A stretch of 39,983 nucleotides of DNA from Campylobacterota bacterium (GTDB lineage Bacteria > Campylobacterota > Campylobacteria > Campylobacterales > Sulfurimonadaceae). Under the pieces are notes generated by a model. That model searched no databases. It was not told the DNA's origin and saw only the letters and a program-made list of their open reading frames with translations. Shown here piece by piece: positions 9,336 to 19,157 of the stretch (positions are counted from its first letter, which is position 1; each line of letters starts with the position of its first letter). The translations under genes and the position numbers were made by a program. The stretch lies in contig JAYEMF010000039.1 of assembly GCA_034717975.1 (NCBI GenBank), positions 12,757 through 52,739 on the forward strand, written 5' to 3'.

Positions 9336-10376
9336 ATGGACGCTTTTTTTATTGAGTTTCGCGATCCGCTTTTTGGGGTTATCGTCTTTTTTATCCTCGT
9401 CTTTACTATCTCCTTCTTCAGCTACTGGTGGGGACGCTTCAAGACCAAAGAAGATCACCGCTACCTTGATCGTTTCATCAAAGAGTTTCATCATCTGCCT
9501 CCTGAACAGGAACTCAAGGAGCTGATGGAGAGCAGCATGTCTGAAAAATCATGGATGCTGCTGGCCCATGCCTATACACAAAATGGTGACTATGAGAAGT
9601 CCATAGAGATCTATCAGACCGTTGCCGAAAAGCAGAGCGATCCCCAACGCCGCCATGAGACCCTCTTCTTACTGGGAAAGACCTACTTCAGAGCCGGCTT
9701 TCTCGAACGGGCAAAAGTGCTCTTTTTGGAAATTCTGAAACATGCACCCCGAACGACACAGGCCCTTCGCTATCTGTTGCTGGTCTATGAACAGCTGCAC
9801 CAGTATGATAATGCGCTTGAAGTGCTCGATCCACTCGATGAACTCAACAGCGATACCCGACTGGACCGCCTCTACCTGGAGTGCATTTCGATTATTAACG
9901 ACACTGCGCTGCAGACTTCCGATAAAGCTGCGCAGTTGCTTCGTATCTATAAAGATCATCATCTGCTCATTTACCTTATTTTTGAATACCTCTTTACCCA
10001 TGATAGCACTCTGGCATGGGAACACCTCGACCACTCTGAGGCCAAACGCATCAGCGATATTTTGTGGCGCCTTCCTGAAGAGAAGTGCGATTTAGCTATA
10101 ATTGCACAAAATGGCTATCTTCGCGAACTTTTCAACGCCAGGGGTGTGGGTAATCTGGCAGACCAAAGCAGTACCTTTGAACTCGATATACTGATTAAGT
10201 TGGGTCAGCATGAACAAAGCGGAGCGACCCTCTCTTATGAGTATCTCTGCCGAAGCTGTAAACATATTTTGCCGTTCCCGTTTCACCGCTGCCCCAACTG
10301 TTACGCCATCGATTCGATAATGAGCCAGCCTATACTGACCAAGGATTATTTTGAAGAAAATCTATCTTTTCAGTGA
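9336..10376 (+). CDS. lapB: LapB/YciM-like TPR protein with rubredoxin-like tail
   Basis: N-terminal TM, TPRs (LGKTYFRAGFLERA), CRSC...CPNC; TGGTATAAT promoter at 9302-9310. Confidence 0.75.
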   Translation: MDAFFIEFRDPLFGVIVFFILVFTISFFSYWWGRFKTKEDHRYLDRFIKEFHHLPPEQELKELMESSMSEKSWMLLAHAYTQNGDYEKSIEIYQTVAEKQSDPQRRHETLFLLGKTYFRAGFLERAKVLFLEILKHAPRTTQALRYLLLVYEQLHQYDNALEVLDPLDELNSDTRLDRLYLECISIINDTALQTSDKAAQLLRIYKDHHLLIYLIFEYLFTHDSTLAWEHLDHSEAKRISDILWRLPEEKCDLAIIAQNGYLRELFNARGVGNLADQSSTFELDILIKLGQHEQSGATLSYEYLCRSCKHILPFPFHRCPNCYAIDSIMSQPILTKDYFEENLSFQ

Positions 10377-10779
10377 TGGCTCCGCTTTGGGCAACCCTGG
10401 TCCTGGCGGATATGGGACGATCCTGCGCTACAACACGACAGAGCGTATCATCAGTGGCGCAGAGCCGCATACGACCAACAACCGTATGGAGCTTCGCGGC
10501 GTGATTGAAGGGCTCAAAGCACTTAAAGAGTCCTGTGAAGTGATCGTCACTTCCGACTCTTCCTACGTTGTCAAAGCGATCAACGAGTGGCTGGTGAGCT
10601 GGGTGAAACGCGACTTCAAGAAAGTCAAAAATCCCGATTTGTGGCAGGAGTATCTGGAGGTCTCCGCCCCGCACAGGGTCACGGCTATCTGGGTACGCGG
10701 CCACGACGGACATGATGAAAATGAACGCTGTGACGATATTGCCAGAGGCGAAGCAGAACAACAAAAAGAGAATCTATAA
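10351..10779 (+). CDS. rnhA: Ribonuclease HI
   Basis: [31 protein letters not shown]. Confidence 0.97.
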   Translation: MKKIYLFSDGSALGNPGPGGYGTILRYNTTERIISGAEPHTTNNRMELRGVIEGLKALKESCEVIVTSDSSYVVKAINEWLVSWVKRDFKKVKNPDLWQEYLEVSAPHRVTAIWVRGHDGHDENERCDDIARGEAEQQKENL

Positions 10780-10792
10780 ACAGGAGATTATA

Positions 10793-11473
10793 ATGGATCA
10801 GACCTCGCAGTTGGAAACGACACTGCACTACACATTTGAAGATAAGCAGCTCCTTATTGAAGCGCTGACGCATAAAAGCTACAAACAGCCCTACAATAAT
10901 GAGCGTCTTGAGTTTTTGGGCGACGCGGTTTTAGACCTCATCGTCGGTGAATACCTCTTTACAAAATTCCCGGATTTTGATGAAGGAAAACTCTCAAAAC
11001 TACGTGCCTCACTGGTCAATGAAGGGGGCTTTACCAGCCTCGCCAATCACATAAATCTGGGCAAGTACATCTTTCTCTCCAATGCCGAAGAGAACAACGG
11101 CGGAAGAGAGAAACCCTCACTCCTCTCTAATGCCTTTGAAGCCATTATCGGTGCCATCTATCTCGAAGCCGGTCTGGAACAGATACGTGCTATCTCTGTC
11201 AAACTGCTTGAAGAGGTTCACCCCGACATGTCCCTTGACTCCCTCTTTAAAGATTACAAGACGACGCTTCAGGAACTTACCCAGGCCCATTTCGGGGTGA
11301 CTCCGGAGTACAAACTGATCGGTTCACGCGGGCCCGATCATAAAAAAGAGTTTGAGGTGGCCGTCATCGTCGAGAACAAAGAGTATGGTCGCTCCATCGG
11401 CAAAAGTAAAAAAATAGCCCAGCAAGAGTCGGCAGAGATTGCCATACAAACGCTCAAGAAGGAGCTCTCATGA
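10793..11473 (+). CDS. rnc: Ribonuclease III
   Basis: [12 protein letters not shown] and ds[11 protein letters not shown]; start set after CAGGAG. Confidence 0.97.
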   Translation: MDQTSQLETTLHYTFEDKQLLIEALTHKSYKQPYNNERLEFLGDAVLDLIVGEYLFTKFPDFDEGKLSKLRASLVNEGGFTSLANHINLGKYIFLSNAEENNGGREKPSLLSNAFEAIIGAIYLEAGLEQIRAISVKLLEEVHPDMSLDSLFKDYKTTLQELTQAHFGVTPEYKLIGSRGPDHKKEFEVAVIVENKEYGRSIGKSKKIAQQESAEIAIQTLKKELS

Positions 11474-12543
11474 ACCATTTTGGTATCCGTTTCAGTTTCA
11501 CCACCTTTGGTGAGTCCCATGGCAAAGCGATCGGATGTGTCGTTGATGGTGTTCCTGCCGGCCTTGAGATCGATGAAGGGTTCATTCAGAGCGAACTGGA
11601 TCGGCGCAAACCGGGACAGAACGAGTATGCCACTGCCCGCAAAGAGGCTGATGAAGTCGAAATCCTGAGCGGTACCTTTGAAGGCAAAAGCACCGGTACT
11701 CCAATCGCTATGGTGATCTTCAACACCAACCAGAAGTCCAAAGACTACTCCAACATCAAAGACGTTTTCCGTCCGGGACATGCGGACTTTACCTACTGGC
11801 ATAAGTACGGTATCCGCGACTATCGCGGCGGCGGACGCTCATCAGCACGTGAAACTGCGGCCCGCGTGGCAGCCGGAGCCGTTGCCAAGTTGATGATCGC
11901 TCAGCTGGGCATCACTATCCAGAGCGGAATCACCGAGATCGCAGGGATTCAGGCCGAAACACTCGACTTTGACTACGCTCCGGGCAGCGAGATCTATGCA
12001 CTGGACAAAGGGATTGAACAGGCGCAGAAAGATGCCATTCTGGAAGCCAAAAACCGCCATGACTCCGTCGGCGGTGTGGCGCAGGTGAAGATCGACGGCC
12101 TTCCGGTCGGACTGGGCGAACCGCTCTACTATAAGCTCGATGCGATGCTGGCAGATGCCATGGTCGGGATCAACGCTGTCAAGGCCTTTGAAGTGGGTGA
12201 TGGCTTTGAGAGCGCCAAGGCCTTCGGCTCGACCAATAACGACCCTATCCGCAACGATGGATTTGAGTCCAACCACTCCGGCGGTATCCTGGGCGGTATC
12301 AGCAACGGCGATACGGTCCGTTTCAATGTCTACTTCAAACCGACCCCGTCGATCTTTATGGAACAGCATACCACTACCACCCATGACGAGGAGATCGATT
12401 TCGCCCTCAAAGGGCGGCATGACCCCTGCGTCGCCATCCGCGGTTCAATCGTTGCCGAAGCGATGGCAGCCCTGGTCATTGCCGACATGGTCCTGCTCAA
12501 TATGGGACGTACTATGGAAGGTGTAGTGAGTTACTATCAGTAG
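11470..12543 (+). CDS. aroC: Chorismate synthase
   Basis: [36 protein letters not shown]. Confidence 0.98.
   Translation: MNHFGIRFSFTTFGESHGKAIGCVVDGVPAGLEIDEGFIQSELDRRKPGQNEYATARKEADEVEILSGTFEGKSTGTPIAMVIFNTNQKSKDYSNIKDVFRPGHADFTYWHKYGIRDYRGGGRSSARETAARVAAGAVAKLMIAQLGITIQSGITEIAGIQAETLDFDYAPGSEIYALDKGIEQAQKDAILEAKNRHDSVGGVAQVKIDGLPVGLGEPLYYKLDAMLADAMVGINAVKAFEVGDGFESAKAFGSTNNDPIRNDGFESNHSGGILGGISNGDTVRFNVYFKPTPSIFMEQHTTTTHDEEIDFALKGRHDPCVAIRGSIVAEAMAALVIADMVLLNMGRTMEGVVSYYQ
12381..12521 (+). repeat. 141-bp direct repeat, copy 1 (inside aroC)
   Basis: Identical by eye to 13469-13609. Confidence 0.95.
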
Positions 12544-12574
12544 AAAAGCCAAAGAGCCTCTCTTAAATTAGATC

Positions 12575-12910
12575 TTAATAGGCCACTTTTTTAGATAGCG
12601 TTTGTTGTATATAGGCATTTAGTGATATTCCTGCTTTTAATGCTTCTTTATAAATTTTTTTATGCAGCTCAGGCTCAATTCTTACGTTGAAAACACCTTT
12701 ATAGACTTTTTGCGGTTCTCTTTGCAGCTCTTTGCAGGTCTGCAAATACTCCTCTACAACATTTTGAAAATTAGTCTCCAGCTCATCCGCACTATTAGCT
12801 TCAAATGTAACTAAATCATCTATCATCTCCAGTTTGCCAAAGAAGCATTTGTCCTCTGAGGAGTACTCAATACTTCCAATATAACCTTTATACTCTATAG
12901 TATTAGCCAT
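12575..12910 (-). CDS. hicB: HicB-family antitoxin
   Basis: YKGYIGSIEYS...YKGVFNVRIEPELH...ISLNAYI (RHH tail). Confidence 0.93.
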   Translation of the reverse strand: MANTIEYKGYIGSIEYSSEDKCFFGKLEMIDDLVTFEANSADELETNFQNVVEEYLQTCKELQREPQKVYKGVFNVRIEPELHKKIYKEALKAGISLNAYIQQTLSKKVAY

Positions 12911-13157
12911 CACACACCTCCTTGAGTTTTATCTGTATCTGTTTAACCAGATAAACTTTTAGTATATTGCCGGGATGCGGTTTATGCAAGCTTATCAAAC
13001 TGTCTTTTTCTTTGTTATAAAACTTAACAGCCGAACCATCACCTTCAATCTTTACATATCCCAATGCCTGTAAAAGAGTCTCTAGCTCATTAAACGTTAA
13101 ATCTTTTTTTGCAGGGACTTGTAAAAATTTCTTTAGCAATTTATCTTTTTTACTCAT
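12903..13157 (-). CDS. hicA: HicA-family mRNase toxin
   Basis: G.GS and LHKPHP motifs; overlaps the hicB start; AT-rich. Confidence 0.92.
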   Translation of the reverse strand: MSKKDKLLKKFLQVPAKKDLTFNELETLLQALGYVKIEGDGSAVKFYNKEKDSLISLHKPHPGNILKVYLVKQIQIKLKEVCDG

Positions 13158-13163
13158 ACTGCA

Positions 13164-13193
13164 ATGGTATCATATTTTAGTTACAATAGTCAA
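13164..13193 (-). promoter_or_regulatory. hicAB sigma70 promoter
   Basis: TTGACT-18 nt-TACCAT with a TG extension, ending 6 nt before the hicA ATG. Confidence 0.6.
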
Positions 13194-13224
13194 TCCAAAA
13201 GATCCGGAACAGAAGGATAAACTA

Positions 13225-13476
13225 TTACGTCAGATAACCGTAATAACACTCTTTAGCCCGGTACATCTTCGCATCGGCCAGGCTGATTAACTGTTCCAGA
13301 TTGCTTCCCTCATTAGGAAAACAGGCATGACCGATACTCATACCTATATTACAAGCCTCACCATCAAGCTCACATAAGATCGGAAGAACTTTTTTGATCT
13401 CATCGACAACCGTAAGTACTTCATCGGCATCTTCAATCTGTTCAAGGATTAAGACAAACTCATCACCACCATGACG
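13225..13476 (-). pseudogene. C-terminal remnant of a diguanylate cyclase homologous to 13631-14524
   Basis: Translates RHGGDEFVLILE...SIGHACFPNEG...MYRAKECYYGYLT*; about 35/81 identical and gapless to the intact neighbour; no start. Confidence 0.9.
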
Positions 13477-13634
13477 AGGAGATCGATTTCGCCCTCAAAG
13501 GGCGGCATGACCCCTGCGTCGCCATCCGCGGTTCAATCGTTGCCGAAGCGATGGCAGCCCTGGTCATTGCCGACATGGTCCTGCTCAATATGGGACGTAC
13601 TATGGAAGGCGTAACAGACTATTATCGCGGTTAA
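13469..13634 (+). pseudogene. aroC: Second aroC 3' end (repeat copy 2 with alternative tip GVTDYYRG*)
   Basis: 141 bp identical to aroC, then a diverged in-frame tail whose TAA overlaps the convergent GGDEF stop (TTAA 13631-13634). Confidence 0.92.
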
Positions 13635-14524
13635 TGCCCGTAGTACTGCTTTTTCTGTCTGTACATGTTCATATCGGCAATCTTCAAAAGCTGTTCGTAA
13701 GTAGTTCCCTCGTTGGGGAAGCAGGCAGTTCCAATACTCACTTTTATCTCGATCATCTTTTCATCGGCTTCAAGCGAGACAAGGAACTCCTCTTGCAGTT
13801 TCGCTGCAAGCTTCGATAGCTCTTGCTCATCTTTCAACCGTTCAACAATAATCAAAAATTCATCTCCGCCAAAGCGTGCTACCGTATCACCCTGACGGAC
13901 AAACGTCTCAAACTGTTTTGTCGCCTCTATCAGTGCCCTGTCACCAACGGCATGCCCATACTCATCATTGACCGGTTTAAACTCATTAAGGTCACACAGC
14001 ATCACGCCTACTTTTTCGCCGGCGCGAAGCGAATTGAGTGTAGCATGTAAAAAGCGGTCTTTGGCCAATGTCCGGTTGGCCAGGCCTGTCAATGCATCAT
14101 GGGTGGCCAGATGCTGATAACGCTCATTCAATCTTCTCGATTCGGTAATATCCTCGACCAGCCCCAGATAAAAAGTCTGGTTATTGTGCTCAATACGTTT
14201 GATTTTTTCCATCAAGAGCAGCTCTGAGTGATCTTTGCATCGACTCCAGATCTCACCTTCATAGCTGCCTTCACTGGTCAGTTTTTCCCACAACTCGGTA
14301 TAAAACATGTAGTCATGCCGGCCAGATTTTAAGAGCGACATCTTTTCACCTGTGAGCTCACTTGCATCGTATCCGGTCAGATCGCTAAAAGCAGCGTTGG
14401 CCATCACGATCACACTCTGCTCATCCGTGACTACCGTGGGAGCAGGTGAGTGCAAAAAAAGTTGAAATGACAAAGCATCGCTTACTTTTGAGACCGTACC
14501 AAAAAGCGTTTTGACCAAGTTCAC
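13631..14524 (-). CDS. PAS-GGDEF diguanylate cyclase
   Basis: PAS (NAAFSDLTGY), HDALTGLANR, RQGD I-site, intact GGDEF. Confidence 0.93.
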   Translation of the reverse strand: MNLVKTLFGTVSKVSDALSFQLFLHSPAPTVVTDEQSVIVMANAAFSDLTGYDASELTGEKMSLLKSGRHDYMFYTELWEKLTSEGSYEGEIWSRCKDHSELLLMEKIKRIEHNNQTFYLGLVEDITESRRLNERYQHLATHDALTGLANRTLAKDRFLHATLNSLRAGEKVGVMLCDLNEFKPVNDEYGHAVGDRALIEATKQFETFVRQGDTVARFGGDEFLIIVERLKDEQELSKLAAKLQEEFLVSLEADEKMIEIKVSIGTACFPNEGTTYEQLLKIADMNMYRQKKQYYGH

Positions 14525-14581
14525 ACCTACTCCTTGCTGCTCTATCTCCTCACATTATAATCTTTAGGTGTAACATTGATG

Positions 14582-16456
14582 TCATATTGGCTCAATATAG
14601 TAGAGAAACCGATTTTGGCCGTTTTTGTAATCCACATTAATCAAGATGTTGTTGCGCTTGCAGATCAGCTCCACCATATTTAACCCGATACCGCTCCCAT
14701 GCTTGGTCTCATCTTCGCGAACGTGGCGCTGAAAAATCGTCTCGACATTTCGAATCTGCTGACCATAATTCACAAACGAAAGGATCAGCTCATCTTTGGT
14801 ACGTCGAAGCGAGAGGGTTATTACCTTTTCCGGTTCACCGAACTTAATGGCATTGGAGAGATTGTTATCAATCAGGTACTCCGCTTCCATACGGTTCATC
14901 ATCGTAAAAAGATCCGGTTCGATATGGAGATCAAACGTTATGTCATTGGCCTGTGCAACAACTTGAAAAAGTTTTACACGTTCTGCAAAGAGGGCAGAGA
15001 GATTGATCTTTTCAATCACATACTCTACTTTGTCATGCTGTACCATATAACTTAACGAGTCATACATGTGCTCAATCGAAATAAGGGATGCTGCTATCTG
15101 CTGTTCGGCCTCTTTGTTTTGGCTCTCAAGCATCTCCAAGGCAATCTTGATGACACTCAGAGGTGTTCGAATCTGATGAATGGCATTGGCAGTAAATATC
15201 TTGAACTCTGCCAACAGCTCCTCGTTACTAAGTATCTCACGCTTGAGGTCACTAAGCAGCTGGTTGTAGGTAAACGTGATCGAACCCATCTCGTCGGTAC
15301 GATTGGGTATCTTGGTCAGGTCGACGTTCTGCTTCTGTTTCATCTGCTGCTGTATGAGCACCAATGGCGTTATGATGCGTGAACGCAGCAGCCAGATAAC
15401 CGCTATTACCAAAGAGATCAAAAAAAGGCCCAAAAGAGCCATCAGATACTTCATGGTTTCAAGCGTATGCAGCGCTTCGCTCTCATCAAAATCCATCACC
15501 AGAAGATGCTGGCTGTCATCATAGGTATTGACATAAGAGAAGAAAGGGAGGAGAACACGATGGATATAGCGGCCATCCAGCCAGAAATAGTGCTCGAGAT
15601 AGTGCTCTTCATCCAATACCTTTGAAATGGCACTGCTAAAAGCAGCTCTGCTTACAGCTCCGTTTGGGAGTGTGAGCATCGGAGTCATCATCACTTTAAA
15701 GTCTTCAAGATCATGCCGTGTCTCCATCCACTCGGTCTTATCCTTCAGTGTATGTTCTATCAGCCATTGACGCTCTACATAAAAGGGCGTGATCGAATCG
15801 GAAAAGATCTGAAAAAGGCTGCTATTTACCAGGTTTGGCACATCCTTCTGCAGCGATGCGATACTCGTATGGAGCGCATGCGATTTATCAAGCTGCATAG
15901 AGAGCTGGACCAGATAGTCGGCATCGATTGCCCGCTGGACAATGTAGCGCTTAAACGTTACCGCAACATTGTCATAGAATATCGGAGAGAGGTCGATGGT
16001 TTTTGGGTTTTCATAGACCCTCTTCAAGATAGATCGTGCTTCAGGTATTTTCTTGAAATCCAGACCGATATCGGGCTTGAAGGTAGCCTGTTCTATGATC
16101 ATCTCCTTGCTGATGAGCAATACCTCATAAACAGACCCTTCATCACCTTTCGTCAGCTTTTTCTTGAGTACCTCAAGGGATGCCTGACGTCCATTTGTTT
16201 TAAAATAAGCCTGCGCCTCTTCAAGAGCACGATACTGCTCACCTTCACGTTTACGATACTCATAGGCGATCTTGTCATACGCCTCAGTCGTCTTTTTTGC
16301 TGCATAATAGGCGCGGTTCAGTGACTCCTTTTGCAAAGCGGAACTGGTTACGTCCTTTATATAGATATAGGTAACAGACACATAGATCAGGGTGATGACA
16401 CTCCCGATTACGATCAACAGATAGAGCAGCTGCCGGATGTTCAAACGTCTGTTCAT
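14582..16456 (-). CDS. Membrane sensor histidine kinase
   Basis: Two TMs, HAMP, H-box HQIRTPL, N-box NLSNAIKF, GSGIGL. Confidence 0.92.
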   Translation of the reverse strand: MNRRLNIRQLLYLLIVIGSVITLIYVSVTYIYIKDVTSSALQKESLNRAYYAAKKTTEAYDKIAYEYRKREGEQYRALEEAQAYFKTNGRQASLEVLKKKLTKGDEGSVYEVLLISKEMIIEQATFKPDIGLDFKKIPEARSILKRVYENPKTIDLSPIFYDNVAVTFKRYIVQRAIDADYLVQLSMQLDKSHALHTSIASLQKDVPNLVNSSLFQIFSDSITPFYVERQWLIEHTLKDKTEWMETRHDLEDFKVMMTPMLTLPNGAVSRAAFSSAISKVLDEEHYLEHYFWLDGRYIHRVLLPFFSYVNTYDDSQHLLVMDFDESEALHTLETMKYLMALLGLFLISLVIAVIWLLRSRIITPLVLIQQQMKQKQNVDLTKIPNRTDEMGSITFTYNQLLSDLKREILSNEELLAEFKIFTANAIHQIRTPLSVIKIALEMLESQNKEAEQQIAASLISIEHMYDSLSYMVQHDKVEYVIEKINLSALFAERVKLFQVVAQANDITFDLHIEPDLFTMMNRMEAEYLIDNNLSNAIKFGEPEKVITLSLRRTKDELILSFVNYGQQIRNVETIFQRHVREDETKHGSGIGLNMVELICKRNNILINVDYKNGQNRFLYYIEPI

Positions 16457-18360
16457 AACTGCCAGTCCAAGGAGAGATAAAAAGAGCGTCCCTCAGCCGG
16501 GTAGCCGTACTGCCACGCATAGGTTTTGTCCAGCAGGTTCTTGATACCGATGCGGCAGGTGATGCTCGGTGTCGGCTCATAAGCCAGCTGGGTATCTGCA
16601 AGATGGTAGGCCTCCAGCTTCTTCTGTTCATCGCTATAGGTCGCCGTATTACTGCTGTAGCGCGTTCCCACATACTGATACCCGAGGTACCACTTCAGTT
16701 CAGATGTTAACGTAAAAGTATCTTCCACTTTGAACCGATGTTCGGGAATCAGCTCCAAGGCCTCATCCTCACTGTCCTGGGCATGGGTATAAGCATAGGA
16801 GATACGCAGGTGGTGATGGCGATAACGCTCACTCTCCATGCGGATCTCCACTCCGTAATGTTCCGCCTCATCACGGTTGATATAACTGTTGCCTCGGTAG
16901 ACGATCAGATCACGGATATCATAATAGAAGAGTGCTGCATCGATCAAAGATGTCTTATCCAACATCTGCTGGTAACCCGCCGCAGACTGCCAGCTTCGCT
17001 CCGGATCCAGTCCTGGGTTTGCCATCTCCCAGGGAAAGAAGGTAAACATCTCATTCATCGCCGGCATACGGCTCTTTTTGGCGATACTGCCATAAAAGCT
17101 GCTTTCGTCGATCGTGTAAGCGGCTTTGAGCTGGGCATCCAGCGCCGTTTTGTCGTCTGCTGGTTCCGCAGTACTGTGTTTCACCTCGGCTTCATGCAGC
17201 AGGGTGTAGGTAACTCCGCCATCAAGCTGCCAGTCGTCACTGATCTGCCAGCTATGCAGCAAACTGCTTTTAAAGCTCTCCAAAACAAATTTCGGATCAT
17301 TCACCGCCCCCTCTTCGCGGGCGTTATGCTCATTGCGTTCTGCCTGAAACACGAAGCTGCTCTCATGAGAGCCCTGCTTGAGGCTCCCTTTGAGGATCGT
17401 TCCCATACGGCTGTCATCGTAGGTCATTAAACTATCTGCCCACGGATGTAATGCCTGATAAGAGTCATCTTCAAAGATCGCCCAGATATCCTCATACTCA
17501 TCGTAATAGCCTCTGAAATTCAATGCCACCTCATCGGTCTCATAATCTGCGTAGAGATAAAAACTGTTCAGATCTTTACGTTCTATACGTGTATATGTAT
17601 CAAATGCCCGCTCCCACACAGCGGCATTAACGTCAGTGTACGCATTTGGCGGCATGCCGTACTCCGATCTCGACACGCTCACCTTGGCGGCAAGATGGGT
17701 GTGACTGCCAAGAAACAGACCGCCTTTAATCGAGGCGTTGCGCTGTTCCTTGTCACTGTTTAACCGTTTGCCTTTGCCCTGAAGCGGTGTTGCCTCGTAA
17801 TCATCGGCCAGTTCATACTCTGAACGGTGGTAATAGCCCGCATCGGCCTGAATATAGCCGTTTTCCATCCGGCTGCCTACATCGGCATAGTAGTACTCGT
17901 CATTAGTCGAGACGGTGGTATGGAGCCGACTTTGCACTGTTTTTGTCGGTCGCTCAGAGACCAGTTTCACCTCGCCTCCCATTGAGGACACCCCCAGAGA
18001 TGAAGTACCGGAACCGTCATTCATCTGCAACTGCGCACTGCTCATCTTGAACTTCGTATCTGCAAACCCGTTCACACTGCGATAGAGCGGGATTCCATCT
18101 TCGATGTACTCCGTTGCTCTGTAATCCACACCCCGAAAAGAGAGGGCCCCTTCACCTTTGCCATCAGGGACAACAGTGAACGCCACATCACGCTCAAGCC
18201 GATCCTGCAGGGTGATGTCAGCTGTCTCGGCAGCTTCTTCTTCGCTCAAAACATAGCTGCCGGCCGGCAGTGCTGTTTCGTAGATCTCGATCGGATCAAT
18301 CACTGCCGTTTCAGCCAAAAGCATTACACTCGAGCAGAGAATCATCAACCATTTTTTCAT
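16453..18360 (-). CDS. TonB-dependent outer membrane receptor
   Basis: Signal peptide, plug (SFRG...EDGIP), GIKNLLDKTY...GRSFYLSLDWQL terminus. Confidence 0.9.
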   Translation of the reverse strand: MKKWLMILCSSVMLLAETAVIDPIEIYETALPAGSYVLSEEEAAETADITLQDRLERDVAFTVVPDGKGEGALSFRGVDYRATEYIEDGIPLYRSVNGFADTKFKMSSAQLQMNDGSGTSSLGVSSMGGEVKLVSERPTKTVQSRLHTTVSTNDEYYYADVGSRMENGYIQADAGYYHRSEYELADDYEATPLQGKGKRLNSDKEQRNASIKGGLFLGSHTHLAAKVSVSRSEYGMPPNAYTDVNAAVWERAFDTYTRIERKDLNSFYLYADYETDEVALNFRGYYDEYEDIWAIFEDDSYQALHPWADSLMTYDDSRMGTILKGSLKQGSHESSFVFQAERNEHNAREEGAVNDPKFVLESFKSSLLHSWQISDDWQLDGGVTYTLLHEAEVKHSTAEPADDKTALDAQLKAAYTIDESSFYGSIAKKSRMPAMNEMFTFFPWEMANPGLDPERSWQSAAGYQQMLDKTSLIDAALFYYDIRDLIVYRGNSYINRDEAEHYGVEIRMESERYRHHHLRISYAYTHAQDSEDEALELIPEHRFKVEDTFTLTSELKWYLGYQYVGTRYSSNTATYSDEQKKLEAYHLADTQLAYEPTPSITCRIGIKNLLDKTYAWQYGYPAEGRSFYLSLDWQL

Positions 18361-18992
18361 GCGATGATATACCCCTCTCCTATGCGGTTTTGAATAAAAT
18401 CTATCGGCAGTTTTTTCCGCAAGCGGTTAACAAGCTGACGCAGGTGTGCAGCATCCACATCACTTCCCCAAACGGCAAACTCAATCTGCTCATGCGGTAC
18501 GATACGACCGCGATTCCCAATAAGCAGCGATACGAACAGATGCTCTTTCGGCGTCAGAACAATCACCTCATCACGATAGTTCAACTGCTGTACACCTTTG
18601 TCATAAGAGATCTCTCCGCCAAGATCGATCTTCTCTTCAAGCAAACGGGTAAACGCCCTGATCTTCAGCTCCAGCTCTTTTATATCGAACGGTTTTTTAA
18701 GATAGTCGCTGCATCCTTTTGTATAGGCTTTGGCAATCATCTCCATGTCGATGGTGGCACTGATCATGATCACGGGAAGCGTTGGATAAAGCAGGCGGAT
18801 CCGCTCGAGAATATCGATACCGTTAAGCTGTGGAATATCAATATCGATCACAAAGAGGTCATACCCCGAACCGATAGCATCAATCGCTTCAAGGCCATCC
18901 AGAAAGCTATCGACTTCAAAGCCTTTACTCTTCAGGTAGGTTTTAATCGCTTTGTTAAGTAGATACTCATCCTCGACCAGCATCAGCTTCAT
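18357..18992 (-). CDS. OmpR-family response regulator
   Basis: VEDE, D-acceptor IDID, DYLKKPF, winged HTH VNRLRKKL. Confidence 0.93.
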   Translation of the reverse strand: MKLMLVEDEYLLNKAIKTYLKSKGFEVDSFLDGLEAIDAIGSGYDLFVIDIDIPQLNGIDILERIRLLYPTLPVIMISATIDMEMIAKAYTKGCSDYLKKPFDIKELELKIRAFTRLLEEKIDLGGEISYDKGVQQLNYRDEVIVLTPKEHLFVSLLIGNRGRIVPHEQIEFAVWGSDVDAAHLRQLVNRLRKKLPIDFIQNRIGEGYIIA

Positions 18993-19157
18993 CGGTACCC
19001 CTCTGTAAGATTGAAGATATTATACATAAGAAGTGGAATCGAATAGGTGTCATTTGGTACACACCTCCTTTTTTTGATATAAATCGGTTACTTTTTAAGC
19101 AACCTGTTTACAGATATCAGGATATAATGGATAACGTTTTATTTGAAGGAACCGCCC

